Shown here one piece after another: positions 30,879 through 40,791 of a stretch of DNA of 64,000 nt. The position numbers and the translations under genes were made by a program. The notes under the pieces are model-generated. The model was not told where the DNA came from, made no database searches, and saw only the letters and a program-made list of their open reading frames with translations. The stretch's first letter is position 1; each line of letters opens with the position of its first letter. This DNA is from Candidatus Bathyarchaeia archaeon (lineage in GTDB: Archaea > Thermoproteota > Bathyarchaeia > Bathyarchaeales > Bathycorpusculaceae), in contig JAVZLQ010000001.1 of assembly GCA_038883655.1 (NCBI GenBank), forward strand, positions 160,001 to 224,000, read 5' to 3'.

Positions 30879-31070
30879 ATGGTTAACCTAAACAAGATTG
30901 ACTCTCTCATAATTGAAACCTTAAAGAATGCTGACAAAGATCTGACGCTTGCTGAAATTGCTGAAAAAACTGGAATACCTGAAAAAAAGGTTTTCACTTC
31001 TCTACGCAAACTCTTTGAAAATGAGATAGTTGACTGCGAAAATCGCCGCTACAGACTTGCAAAAAAGTAA
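30879..31070 (+). CDS. Stand-alone winged-helix HTH protein
   Basis: LNKIDSLIIETL..LTLAEIAEKTGI..LRKL; start reset after a GAGGAG RBS. Confidence 0.7.
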   Translation: MVNLNKIDSLIIETLKNADKDLTLAEIAEKTGIPEKKVFTSLRKLFENEIVDCENRRYRLAKK

Positions 31071-31182
31071 AGGATTAAAGCAAGTTAGGCGTTATACTCT
31101 TTGGTGTTTGATGTGAGGGACAGCGTTCTCCACGACTAAGGGCAAAACATTTAATACTCCTCAAACCAATTCAGAAAACTTT

Positions 31183-34086
31183 ATGGAATTTTTAAATAAA
31201 ACCGAAGAAAAATGGCAAAAGCGCTGGGATGAAGCCAAAATTTTCGAGGCAAACCCAGACCCAGCTAAGCCAAAATACTTCATAACTGTGGCTTACCCAT
31301 ACCCAAACTCACCTCAACACATTGGACACGCAAGAACCTACACATTGGCTGACGTACACGCGAGATACATGCGAATGCGCGGCTACAACGTGTTATTGCC
31401 AATGGCTTTCCACTACACTGGCACGCCAGTCCTAGCAATGGCGAAACGCCTAGCAGAAAACGATGAAGAACTAATCAAAGACTTCGTTGAAGTCTACAAA
31501 ATCCCAAAGGAAAAACTAACGGAGTTAACTGACCCATTAAACATGGCGCACTATTTTCACGAAGAAATCAAGGAAGGAATGAAAAGAATAGGGTTTTCCA
31601 TAGACTGGAGGCGTGAGTTCACAACAATAGACCCGCAATATAACCGTTTCATAGAGTGGCAATTCGAAAAACTACGTGAAAAAGGTTACATAACCCGCGG
31701 AAGCCACCCAGTCGGCTGGTGCCCAAGATGCGGCAACCCAGTCGGTCAACATGACACCGTCGGCGACGTGGAGCCAGAAATAGGCGAGTTCACACTAATA
31801 AAATTCAAACAAGGCGAGACCATCTTTCCAACGGCGACGCTTCGCCCAGAAACAGTTTTCGGCGTAACAAACATTTGGGTAAATCCAAAAGCCAAATACG
31901 TAAAAGCCATTGTTGACGGCGAAGAATGGGTTGTAAGCCAAGAAGCTGCAGAAAAACTCACCTATCTAAACCACAAAGTCAAAGTCCTCGAAACATTTGA
32001 AGGAAAAAGTCTAATCGGCGCTTATGTCGAAAACCCAGCAACAAAAAACAAAATCATAATACTTCCAGCAGAATTCGTTGACCCAAAAAACGCCACGGGC
32101 GTCGTTATGTCGGTTCCGGGGCACGCTCCATATGACCTAGTTGCACTTGAAAACATCAAAAAAGCTCCTGAAATACTAAAGGAATATGGCATAAAACAAG
32201 AAGAAGTCAAAGCCATAAAGCCAATCTCGCTCATTGAAGTGCCCGACTACTCGGAAATTCCAGCAGCGGACGTCGTAAAAAAGATGGGCATCCAAAACCA
32301 GACAGACCCGAAACTTGAGGACGCCACAAAAGAGGTTTACCGCCATGAGTTTCACAATGGAAGAATGAAAAGCAACACTGGCAAATATTATGGCTTAACG
32401 GTGGCTGAAGCAAAAGACAAGGTTAAACAAGACTTGGTGGCAGAGGGCAAAGCAACAACAATGTACGAGCTCCTAAACAGACCAGTAAAATGCCGATGTG
32501 GAACAGAATGCATCGTAAAAATATTCGAAGACCAGTGGTTTATAGACTACGGAAACCCACAATGGAAAGTTTTAGCCCACAAAAACCTCGAAAAAATGGA
32601 AATCCTACCAGAAGAAAAACGCAAAGAATACGAAAACGTCATAGACTGGCTACATGAAAAGGCATGCGCCAGAAAGTCGGGCATGGGCACAAGGCTTCCA
32701 TGGGACAAGAACTGGATAATCGAGTCCCTATCAGACTCAACAATCTACATGGCATACTATACCATAGCAAGACACATAAAAGAAGAAAAGATAGACGCAT
32801 CCCAGCTAACAGATGAGGTCTTCGACTACGTCTTTCTCGGAAAAGGAAGCGCTAAAGAAATAGCAGAAAAAATAGGGCTAAAGCAAGAAACATTAGAAAA
32901 AATGCGAAACGAGTTCTTATACTTTTACCCACTCGACAGCCGCCACTCAGCACACGAGCTAATCCCAAACCACCTAACATTCATGATCTTCAACCACACG
33001 GCAATATTCCCAGAAAACCTTTGGCCACGCCAAATAGTGACAAACGGCCATGTGTTAATGCAAGGCGCAAAAATGAGCAAATCCTTCGGAAACATAATAC
33101 CACTACGCGAAGGACTAGAAAAATACGGGGCAGACCCAATAAGACTAAGCGTTTTAGGCACGGCAGAACTGCTACAAGACGCTGACTTCAGCCCATCAGT
33201 TGCAAGAGCCATGCGCGAAAGACTAGAACGTATACACAAGTTTGTCACAAACTTCATCAAAGAAAAGCGTGAACAAAGAAAAACAAGCTATTCTACGATT
33301 GACAAGTGGATGCTTAGCCGAATGCAATGGCACATTAAAAGGACAACAGAAGCCATGGAAAAACTAGCCGTGCGAAAAGCCATACAAATCATCTTATATG
33401 AGCTAGACCAGGATGTTCAATGGTACCAAAGGCGTAAAACAGCTGCGGAAAATGGTGCAGCATCCCACGTTATCGGTGAAATTCTAAAAGCCCAAATAAG
33501 AATGCTTGCGCCAGTAGCCCCACACATTTGCGAGGAGCTATGGGAAATGCTTGGCGGAAAAGGCTTCGTTTCAATGGCTAGCTGGCCGACACCAGATGAG
33601 TCTAAAATAGACATTGAAGCAGAAGAAAAAGAAAACCTAATCATGAGCGTCCTAGAAGACACGTGCAACATTGTAAGAGCCACGGGCATGACACCAACGA
33701 AGGTATACTATTACACCGCTGCTCCGTGGAAATGGCAAATATACCAAAAAACTCTGAAAAAATCGGTCGGCGCAAAAATTTCACAAAAAGACTTGATGAA
33801 AGAGCTGATGGCGGACACCCAACTAAAAGCAAAAGCAGAAAGAGTTGCAAAATTCCTCAACCAAATACTGGACGACGTCAACCGCATGCCAGAAGAAAGA
33901 AAACAAAGGCTAATGCAAATCAAAGAAATAGACGAACACCAAACACTAAAAAGTGCTGAAAAATTCTTCAGAAAAGAACTAAAAGCCGAAATATACATAT
34001 ACAATGAAGAAGACCCAGAATGCTACGACCCCAAAAAGCGGGCACAACAAGCAAAACCATTCAGACCAGCAATCTACATAGAATAA
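31183..34086 (+). CDS. leuS: Leucine--tRNA ligase (archaeal type)
   Basis: YPYPN, HIGH, ATLRPET and KMSKS motifs. Confidence 0.97.
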   Translation: MEFLNKTEEKWQKRWDEAKIFEANPDPAKPKYFITVAYPYPNSPQHIGHARTYTLADVHARYMRMRGYNVLLPMAFHYTGTPVLAMAKRLAENDEELIKDFVEVYKIPKEKLTELTDPLNMAHYFHEEIKEGMKRIGFSIDWRREFTTIDPQYNRFIEWQFEKLREKGYITRGSHPVGWCPRCGNPVGQHDTVGDVEPEIGEFTLIKFKQGETIFPTATLRPETVFGVTNIWVNPKAKYVKAIVDGEEWVVSQEAAEKLTYLNHKVKVLETFEGKSLIGAYVENPATKNKIIILPAEFVDPKNATGVVMSVPGHAPYDLVALENIKKAPEILKEYGIKQEEVKAIKPISLIEVPDYSEIPAADVVKKMGIQNQTDPKLEDATKEVYRHEFHNGRMKSNTGKYYGLTVAEAKDKVKQDLVAEGKATTMYELLNRPVKCRCGTECIVKIFEDQWFIDYGNPQWKVLAHKNLEKMEILPEEKRKEYENVIDWLHEKACARKSGMGTRLPWDKNWIIESLSDSTIYMAYYTIARHIKEEKIDASQLTDEVFDYVFLGKGSAKEIAEKIGLKQETLEKMRNEFLYFYPLDSRHSAHELIPNHLTFMIFNHTAIFPENLWPRQIVTNGHVLMQGAKMSKSFGNIIPLREGLEKYGADPIRLSVLGTAELLQDADFSPSVARAMRERLERIHKFVTNFIKEKREQRKTSYSTIDKWMLSRMQWHIKRTTEAMEKLAVRKAIQIILYELDQDVQWYQRRKTAAENGAASHVIGEILKAQIRMLAPVAPHICEELWEMLGGKGFVSMASWPTPDESKIDIEAEEKENLIMSVLEDTCNIVRATGMTPTKVYYYTAAPWKWQIYQKTLKKSVGAKISQKDLMKELMADTQLKAKAERVAKFLNQILDDVNRMPEERKQRLMQIKEIDEHQTLKSAEKFFRKELKAEIYIYNEEDPECYDPKKRAQQAKPFRPAIYIE

Positions 34087-34129
34087 AATAATATATCACC
34101 GCCAACCTTTTTTATTCAACCCAGAAAGA

Positions 34130-34222
34130 GGGCCCGTGGCGCAGCATGGATAGAAAAGCCAACCCAAAAAGCGCGTCGGCCTTCTAAGCCGGAGATCCCG
34201 GGTTCAAATCCCGGCGGGCCCG
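34130..34222 (+). tRNA. tRNA-Arg(TCT) with 18-nt D-loop intron (about 34152-34169)
   Basis: Acceptor GGGCCCG/CGGGCCC, D-stem GCGC/GCGC, anticodon arm TCGGC-CT TCT AA-GCCGG, T arm CCGGG TTCAAAT CCCGG; 18 extra nt in the D-loop. Confidence 0.92.
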
Positions 34223-34319
34223 TTTTGTATTCGTTTTTGAGCGGAAATTTTAAATTAGTAGTGCAATAATAATTGGTAAGCGCCTTAATGTTTAACTGGT
34301 CAGTGTATAAGGGATTGTT

Positions 34320-35075
34320 ATGAATACGCATGTGGATGAGTTAAAGTTTCGTTTGATGACTATTGAGATGCTTAGGACAGCCAAGTATAAGCGGAACATA
34401 ACCTATCGCGAGTTAGCCTCAAAAACTGGTTTACCCGTAACTGTTTTGAGCCGCTATGCGAAAGGTCATGTTTTGCCTAATACGGCTCGGGCTAGGCAGC
34501 TTTGGAAAGTTTTAACGAAGCTTGTTGGTTTAGAGAGCGAGCTTCGTAATAGGATAAAATTTGACGAAGAAGGATATTTCGACAATACGGACATTATTGG
34601 CGATTTTACAATTCTTCAGCAAGCGGCTAATCATGCACTTGCAAATTTCGCTGGGAAACGCGTAACAAAGGTTTTAACTGCTGCTGTCGACGGAATTCCG
34701 CTTGCCACGATGGTTGCAAATGCTTTGGGCGTGAACCTCGTAATCGCCAAGAGAGGCAAGGAAGTAGGCGTAAAAGCCTTTCTCGAGGAGACTTATGCGC
34801 TTAGGGATTCAGGCGTAACCATGACGCTTTACATCCCAAAGGACAGCATAAAAAAGAGAGACAGCGTCCTAATAGTTGATGATATGATTAAGACCGGGGA
34901 AACCCAAGCGGCGCTGGTTAATTTGGTTAGGAAGGCAAAGGCTGAGATTTCAGGGGTTTTCCTGCTCATCGCGGTTGGAGAGGAGTGGAAGAAGAAGCTG
35001 AAGCTTTCTGGAGAATGTCCAGTCGAAGTTATAACCTACATTAAGGCTCCTCAGGGCTTAGGCACTCAGCCCTAA
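34320..35075 (+). CDS. HTH plus phosphoribosyltransferase-domain protein (PurR/APRT-like)
   Basis: TYRELASKTGL..LSRY HTH; VLIVDDMIKTGET PRPP loop. Confidence 0.85.
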   Translation: MNTHVDELKFRLMTIEMLRTAKYKRNITYRELASKTGLPVTVLSRYAKGHVLPNTARARQLWKVLTKLVGLESELRNRIKFDEEGYFDNTDIIGDFTILQQAANHALANFAGKRVTKVLTAAVDGIPLATMVANALGVNLVIAKRGKEVGVKAFLEETYALRDSGVTMTLYIPKDSIKKRDSVLIVDDMIKTGETQAALVNLVRKAKAEISGVFLLIAVGEEWKKKLKLSGECPVEVITYIKAPQGLGTQP

Positions 35076-35745
35076 ATTGGCAGACGGCGCATTTCTTTTT
35101 TCTGCAATAGTCTTTGCCAAGCCTAAGCAGTGCCGTTTCAAAATTTACAAAAGATTTCCCAGCGACGCTGTTCTCGAACCAAAAATTCTTCAGAGTTTCC
35201 GACACATTTTTGGTTTTTTCATCAATTATTCCAAGCTTTCTAGCTGCAAGAACAACAAGTGCTGTTGGTTCTGGTTCTGCTTTTTCCCATATTCCACGTA
35301 GTTCCCTTAAAAAGATGCTTACCGTAACGTTGCCTATCCCCTTCCCGAGGCTTTTCAGCTTGTTTGCTAAATCTTCCGTGTTTTTTGCCTCGTTGTAGAG
35401 GCGAGTTAAACTTCCATCATAATTTTCCACGAGGTTTTTCATTGTTTCTAGGAGCTTGTCTGCAGTTTTAAAGTCATACCGCGTATAGCTTCCTTCGTCC
35501 AAAATCTGGACAAGTCCATCCCAGCCTTTTTCTAGGATTTTTCTTGGCGTTAAGACGCCGTACTTCTCGAAGCACTTGTAGGTTTTTATTGCTGCTCTCT
35601 CTGTTATCGGCGCGCCAAACAAGATTGCCGCGAGAAACCATTTGAAAATTTCATTTTCCCCTCCCTCTGCAAGGTTTATTCCCAGAATTTCAGAATATTT
35701 TTTTCCGAATTTCTCCACCAAAAGTTTTAGGCTTTGACTTTTCAT
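35041..35745 (-). CDS. HhH-GPD superfamily protein
   Basis: FKWFLAAILFG, YTRYD and KGIGNVTVSIFLRE motifs; C-terminal Cys cluster. Confidence 0.72.
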   Translation of the reverse strand: MKSQSLKLLVEKFGKKYSEILGINLAEGGENEIFKWFLAAILFGAPITERAAIKTYKCFEKYGVLTPRKILEKGWDGLVQILDEGSYTRYDFKTADKLLETMKNLVENYDGSLTRLYNEAKNTEDLANKLKSLGKGIGNVTVSIFLRELRGIWEKAEPEPTALVVLAARKLGIIDEKTKNVSETLKNFWFENSVAGKSFVNFETALLRLGKDYCRKKKCAVCQFRAECLSPEEP

Positions 35746-35810
35746 GGCTTTCGCCTTCCAACACTTTTTATACGTTTTGGAGCATAAACGGTTTACTGGA
35801 GTTAGGGCTT

Positions 35811-36830
35811 ATGCTGGAGCGAACAATAGAGTGGTGTGACGGAAAAGTTCTCACAATAGATCAGACGAGACTTCCAAATGAAACTGTTATTCTTGAGATT
35901 AAAAATTGCGTTGAGATGGCTGAAGCCATAAAAAATATGAAGATTAGGGGTGCACCTCTTCTAGGCGCGGCCGCCGCTTTTGCCCTTGCTTTAACAGCCC
36001 ATCATTCAAAAGCAAAGAGTAAAGACGCGCTTCTCAAGGAGTTGGAAGAAGCTGCCAGCGTTATTAGGGCGACGAGACCTACGGCTGTAAACCTTTTCTG
36101 GGCTTTGGATAGAGTTCTCGCGAAGGCGAAGAATTTTTCTGGTGACGTTAAGGCTCTTGCTTCTTTTGTTATTGAGGAAGCCCAGAAAATAGCTGACGAG
36201 GATGTTGAGGCAAATCGTTTGATTGGCAAGCATGGCGCGAAGCTTATCGCTGATGGCGACTCTATTTTGACGCATTGTAATGCTGGCGCCTTAGCAACCG
36301 TCGGTTATGGCACAGCTTTAGGCGTTATACGCGCGGCGTGGGAGCAGGGCAAGTGCATCAAGGTTTTTGCAACTGAAACTCGTCCAAAACTTCAGGGTGC
36401 AAGGTTAACAACTTACGAGCTTAAGCGTGATGGTATTCCAGTGACGCTGATTACTGATGGTATGGTTGGCTACGTGCTGCATAAGCGTCTTGTAAACAAG
36501 GTTGTTGTTGGCGCTGACAGAATTGTCCGTGATGCCGTGATAAACAAGATTGGAACCTTTACAATTGCGGTTGTGGCAAAGGCGCATGGAATTCCCTTCT
36601 ACGTCGCGGCTCCAAAGTCGACATTCGACCTGAAGCACACGTCGGCTGAAATCGTCATAGAAGAGCGAAATTCAAGCGAAGTCACACATTTTTGTTCGCA
36701 GCGAATAGCCGCGGATGGCATAGACGTTTTGAACCCAGCCTTTGACATAACGCCAATGGATTATATTACTGCAATAATTTGTGAAAGCGGCATTCTATAT
36801 AAGGAAGACCTTGATAAACTAAAAGGCTGA
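35811..36830 (+). CDS. mtnA: Methylthioribose-1-phosphate isomerase
   Basis: IRGAP, TRPTAVNLFWA, THCNAGALAT, ETRP.LQGARLT and NPAFDITP motifs. Confidence 0.9.
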   Translation: MLERTIEWCDGKVLTIDQTRLPNETVILEIKNCVEMAEAIKNMKIRGAPLLGAAAAFALALTAHHSKAKSKDALLKELEEAASVIRATRPTAVNLFWALDRVLAKAKNFSGDVKALASFVIEEAQKIADEDVEANRLIGKHGAKLIADGDSILTHCNAGALATVGYGTALGVIRAAWEQGKCIKVFATETRPKLQGARLTTYELKRDGIPVTLITDGMVGYVLHKRLVNKVVVGADRIVRDAVINKIGTFTIAVVAKAHGIPFYVAAPKSTFDLKHTSAEIVIEERNSSEVTHFCSQRIAADGIDVLNPAFDITPMDYITAIICESGILYKEDLDKLKG

Positions 36831-36848
36831 ACGTGGCTTGGTATAGAG

Positions 36849-37406
36849 ATGGATGTGGAAAAGGAAAAAGCTGCTGTTAAGGCTGAATTCAGAGTCAGGG
36901 GTTTGCTATTGGAGAAAGGCGTCAAAATTTCGGAGAAGCAAAGCGTTGATGAGCTTTCCTCAAAAGGCTATGGCATGGCTGAAGATAATTCGCTTATCCT
37001 AGCCTTTTACGAGGCACTTTATCTTCTGGAGAAGGGATTACTCGAAGTTGAGAATGAAAGTGGCAAGACTGTTGACTTTAAGGGACTCTTACAACTTTAT
37101 GAGCGGGTTGACGAAAATGCGTGGGCGAAATATTTGGTGTACCGCGACTTGAGAAGTAGGGGTTACGTTGTTCGTGAAGGTTTTGGTTTGGGTGTTGATT
37201 TTCGTGTTTATGAAAGAGGCGAGTATGGTAAGGATACTGCCAAATACCTAATTTTGAACATTCAGGAGGGCAAGCCAATTTCGGTTGAGGATTTAACCCG
37301 CATTATGAGGCAGTGTCAAAGCCTCAAGAAGGAGCTTATTTTGGCTGTTATGAACCGTAGGGGAGAAACTGTTTACTATTCCCTTTCACAATTAAACCTA
37401 CCATAA
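36849..37406 (+). CDS. endA: tRNA splicing endonuclease subunit, probably structural (beta)
   Basis: YEALYL and VYRDLRSRGYVVREG..DFRVY motifs; no His at the catalytic position (TAKYLI). Confidence 0.85.
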   Translation: MDVEKEKAAVKAEFRVRGLLLEKGVKISEKQSVDELSSKGYGMAEDNSLILAFYEALYLLEKGLLEVENESGKTVDFKGLLQLYERVDENAWAKYLVYRDLRSRGYVVREGFGLGVDFRVYERGEYGKDTAKYLILNIQEGKPISVEDLTRIMRQCQSLKKELILAVMNRRGETVYYSLSQLNLP

Positions 37407-37422
37407 ACTTGGATGTGGTTGG

Positions 37423-38712
37423 ATGTCATCTTTCCAAACTGTTCGTGGAATGCGCGACTTTATGCCAGAAGAAGCAAAAATTATGCGTTACATCGAAAGC
37501 AAAGCGCGAAAAATAGCTGAACTTTATGGTTATAAGGAAATCATAACGCCAGTTGTGGAGTCTTACGAACTTCTAGCGGCTAAGGCTGGCGAGGAAGTTC
37601 GCTTGCGAATGTATGCCTTTAAAGACCTTGGCGGGCGTATGGTCGCTTTAAGACCAGAATTCACACCTTCTGTTGCTAGACTCGTGGCGACAACGCTTCG
37701 AAATGAACCTCGTCCCTTTAGGCTTTTCTGTGTTGGAAGTCTATACCGCTATGATGAGCCACAAATGGGCAGATACAGGGAATTTTGGCAGTCAAACTTT
37801 GAGCTAATGGGTTCAAACAGACCAGAGGCAGACGCGGAAATAATGATGTTGACTGACGATTTTATGCGCAGTGTTGGGCTTAAGAATTATGTCTTTAAGG
37901 TTGGGCATGTTGGCGTTTTGAGGGGAATACTTAGCCAAGAAAACGTTGAAGAGAAAAACGTGAATGAAATTATGCAGTTGATGGACAAGAAACTGTACTC
38001 AGAGGCAGTCAAACGCCTTGAAGAAATTGGCGTTACGCGAAAATGTGTGGAAATTGTTCAGAGGCTTGTTAAACTTAAGGGGAGTGATACCTTTGAAATA
38101 GTTGGGAAGATGCAAGAATGTGTTAAAGGTTATGATAAAGCCTTGGATGCCGTAGAAAACCTGAAGGATATTTTGAAGCTAATAGCGGAAAGCGAAAGCA
38201 AAATCGTCATAACCGTGGACGCTGGGTTCGCAAGGGGACTTGAATACTATACTGGCGCAATTTTTGAGGTTAACGTTCCAGAACTCGACATAGCTTTGGC
38301 TGGCGGCGGCAGATATGATAGGCTTATAGAATTGTTTGGCGGCGAACCCACGCCTGCTGTTGGAATAGCTCATGGGTTAGACCGCATAATGTTGGCTATG
38401 CAGAAGCAAAACGTGAAAATGGAGAGTGCCGAAGCGAAAAAAGTTGTTGTCATCTCAACGAGGGAAGAGCTGAAAACTGAAGCCTTAAAAATTGCAAACA
38501 AACTTCGCGGCACCGGCATGCCTGTTGAGGTCGAGGTTATGGGACGAAAAGTAAGTAAGGCTCTTGAGGATGCAGATAGGCGTAAAATGGATTACGCCAT
38601 AATCGTCGGTGAAAGGGAGCTAAAAGATGGTGCTGTTGTTTTGCGAGACTTGGTGAAAAGGGAGCAGAACAACGTGAAAATCGAAGAACTGGTAGATAAA
38701 ATAAAGAGTTAA
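37423..38712 (+). CDS. hisS: Histidine--tRNA ligase
   Basis: RGMRDF, LRPEFT, RYDEPQ.GRYREF, RGLEYYTG and GGGRYD motifs. Confidence 0.97.
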   Translation: MSSFQTVRGMRDFMPEEAKIMRYIESKARKIAELYGYKEIITPVVESYELLAAKAGEEVRLRMYAFKDLGGRMVALRPEFTPSVARLVATTLRNEPRPFRLFCVGSLYRYDEPQMGRYREFWQSNFELMGSNRPEADAEIMMLTDDFMRSVGLKNYVFKVGHVGVLRGILSQENVEEKNVNEIMQLMDKKLYSEAVKRLEEIGVTRKCVEIVQRLVKLKGSDTFEIVGKMQECVKGYDKALDAVENLKDILKLIAESESKIVITVDAGFARGLEYYTGAIFEVNVPELDIALAGGGRYDRLIELFGGEPTPAVGIAHGLDRIMLAMQKQNVKMESAEAKKVVVISTREELKTEALKIANKLRGTGMPVEVEVMGRKVSKALEDADRRKMDYAIIVGERELKDGAVVLRDLVKREQNNVKIEELVDKIKS

Positions 38713-38715
38713 TTT

Positions 38716-39195
38716 TCATTCTTCCAGAGGCTTTCTTTCCCTTCTCAAAAAATCCCCGATATCCAGAACATTTTTCACGGCAACACCTTTCTTGGCGGCG
38801 TCCAAATTTTGAAGAATTATTCCAAAACCTAAACATTCGCCATACTCGTTCAAAACCAAAGTGTAGTCGCCCTTCCTTCTGGAACCTTCAACTTTTATTA
38901 TTCCGCGTTTGAATACGTCTCTGCCGCAGATAAAAAGCCACGCAGAACGTTTATTCACAAAGACCTTGTTTGCCCCCTCTTTTTCTGCAATAACCTTTAA
39001 CAAATTAAAGCTTGGAAGGAAAACATCATTTTTAACCCTTCCAAGATAAGCACCAGCATAGAAAAAGTCAGCCGCAGCTACGCCCTTAAGCCTATCATTC
39101 AAGAGAAAATAACGATTATCCCTCTTGACAATATTTTCCTCGTCAAACTCAACCTTTACGCCAAAACGCGCCACAAACGCGCCTATAAACCTCAT
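38716..39195 (-). CDS. NIP7-like PUA-domain ribosome biogenesis protein
   Basis: LFICGRDVF, GECLGFG and LDIGDFLRRE motifs; adjacent to a NOP2-like methyltransferase. Confidence 0.8.
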   Translation of the reverse strand: MRFIGAFVARFGVKVEFDEENIVKRDNRYFLLNDRLKGVAAADFFYAGAYLGRVKNDVFLPSFNLLKVIAEKEGANKVFVNKRSAWLFICGRDVFKRGIIKVEGSRRKGDYTLVLNEYGECLGFGIILQNLDAAKKGVAVKNVLDIGDFLRRERKPLEE

Positions 39196-39201
39196 AGGCT
39201 T

Positions 39202-40080
39202 TCACGCTCTCTTAAGCTTACAAACAAAGAAACCTTGAGTTTCTCCAGGCCATATCCTTCTGCAATTTTCTATTTGGCTATCAAGCTTTTTGCCAAAAAT
39301 GTTTGTTGGAGATTTTTCGCCATAACAATTGATTTTTTCAGTCTCAAGCCCAAGCGTTTTCACTGCCCAGTCAACGTTTAGTTCATTCTCTTCCGGCTCC
39401 AGCGAACACGTGGAATAGACTATTTCGCCATCTTCAGCCAAAACTTTAACCGCTTCAGCTAACATTTCCCTTTGAAGCCGCGCGTTTCTCTGCACATCGT
39501 TGAGTGTTCTGCGCCTAAACCATTCTACGTCTGTTACAAAGTTTCCAGAACACGGCACATCCAAAAGAACCCTATCAAACTTCATCTTGAGCCTTGAAGA
39601 CTTCCGCGCATCCAAACAGTACACTATCGTGTTTTTCACGTTGCATCTTTCAAGCTGATTTGCGAGGGCGGCAAGTCTCCGCTTCTTAACATCTAAAGCA
39701 ACTATCACACCAGTGTTACCCATCAAATCCGCCAATTGAACAGTTTTTCCTCCAGGCGCAGCACATGCGTCTAGAACAGTTTTATTTCGTAAATTCGCAA
39801 ATAGCGTAACTGGGATTTGGGCTGCTGCCTCCTGAATTGAATACATGCCTAGAAGGTATTCTGTTGTTGCCCCAACTGAAAATTTCGCTTTCTTAACCCA
39901 ATAGCCATTTTCAAGAAACGAAATCTTTTCAAGCTCTATGCCCAACGCTTCCAGCCTTTCTACAATATCCCATCCTCCAGTGTTAATTGTGTTTATTCTT
40001 ATTGCTTGCCTTAGCTTTACATTGCGGTATTTCCAGCCAAGTTCCTCATAGCGTTTTATGAAAAATTCTTTTTGCGACAT
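39202..40080 (-). CDS. RsmB/NOP2-family RNA m5C methyltransferase
   Basis: DACAAPGGKT, LLDVPCSG and YSTCSL.PEENE motifs. Confidence 0.93.
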   Translation of the reverse strand: MSQKEFFIKRYEELGWKYRNVKLRQAIRINTINTGGWDIVERLEALGIELEKISFLENGYWVKKAKFSVGATTEYLLGMYSIQEAAAQIPVTLFANLRNKTVLDACAAPGGKTVQLADLMGNTGVIVALDVKKRRLAALANQLERCNVKNTIVYCLDARKSSRLKMKFDRVLLDVPCSGNFVTDVEWFRRRTLNDVQRNARLQREMLAEAVKVLAEDGEIVYSTCSLEPEENELNVDWAVKTLGLETEKINCYGEKSPTNIFGKKLDSQIENCRRIWPGETQGFFVCKLKRA

Positions 40081-40167
40081 CGATGCTTAAGTGGATGGCT
40101 TCGCTCATAAACTTTAGTTCTGGCAAATTTTAAATGACCAAGTCGAAGCATCTAATAACGTGGTTTC

Positions 40168-40617
40168 ATGAAGGAAAAATATGCCTTCGTCATAATGGTT
40201 AAGGAGAAGTGGTGGCGCGAGTTTCTTCGCCTTCGCAGCAAAGGCAGAGAAATCCAATCCTATGTTCGAAGGGGTTCAGCTCCGCCAAAAAGTGCTTCGC
40301 TGATATTCTTTTACGTTACAAAGCCCATTTGTGAGATTGCTGGATACGCAGAATTTGTTGAACGCAAGGTCGGCAAGGCAGAAGATCTATGGAAGGAGCA
40401 CGGCGGCGAATCTGTTTTGGAATCTGCTGAACAGTACTTTCAATTCGTAAAGGACAAGAATCCCGTCTCATTCATAAGATTCAAAAATCTCAAGGAAGCT
40501 GCTAACCCAATCCCGCTGAAAAACGCACTAATGTTTCTGGGCGTTAAAAGGCTTGGGAGACGCGGCTTTTACATTGACAAAGAAACGGCTGAAAAATTTG
40601 TCGCAATAATGGAGTAG
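40168..40617 (+). CDS. PUA/ASCH-like (DUF365-like) protein
   Basis: IFFYVTKP..EIAGYAEF and ELW-like pattern. Confidence 0.6.
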   Translation: MKEKYAFVIMVKEKWWREFLRLRSKGREIQSYVRRGSAPPKSASLIFFYVTKPICEIAGYAEFVERKVGKAEDLWKEHGGESVLESAEQYFQFVKDKNPVSFIRFKNLKEAANPIPLKNALMFLGVKRLGRRGFYIDKETAEKFVAIME

Positions 40618-40791
40618 TACGTACTGCAACTTGTTATGTTAAGGCTCTAAACTGCAACAAAAAGTTAATAGGCGACTTTTTCACTTTCCATGTAGCCTAA
40701 CTTAAGTGAACATAAATGTTGTTTAAAACAAAAAACGAAGACATAGACCTCGACAGAACCCGGTTAGTTAGCCGAGAGAAGGTTTAGGATT

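Noticed and set aside
34116-34331. 71-aa minus-strand ORF
   Set aside because: Antisense to tRNA-Arg (GPPGFEPG is the usual tRNA shadow); no partner integrase or att duplicate seen.
40618-40791. Structured leader or ncRNA upstream of EF-2
   Set aside because: Only a short weak hairpin (cggtta..tagccg); no recognisable RNA family.
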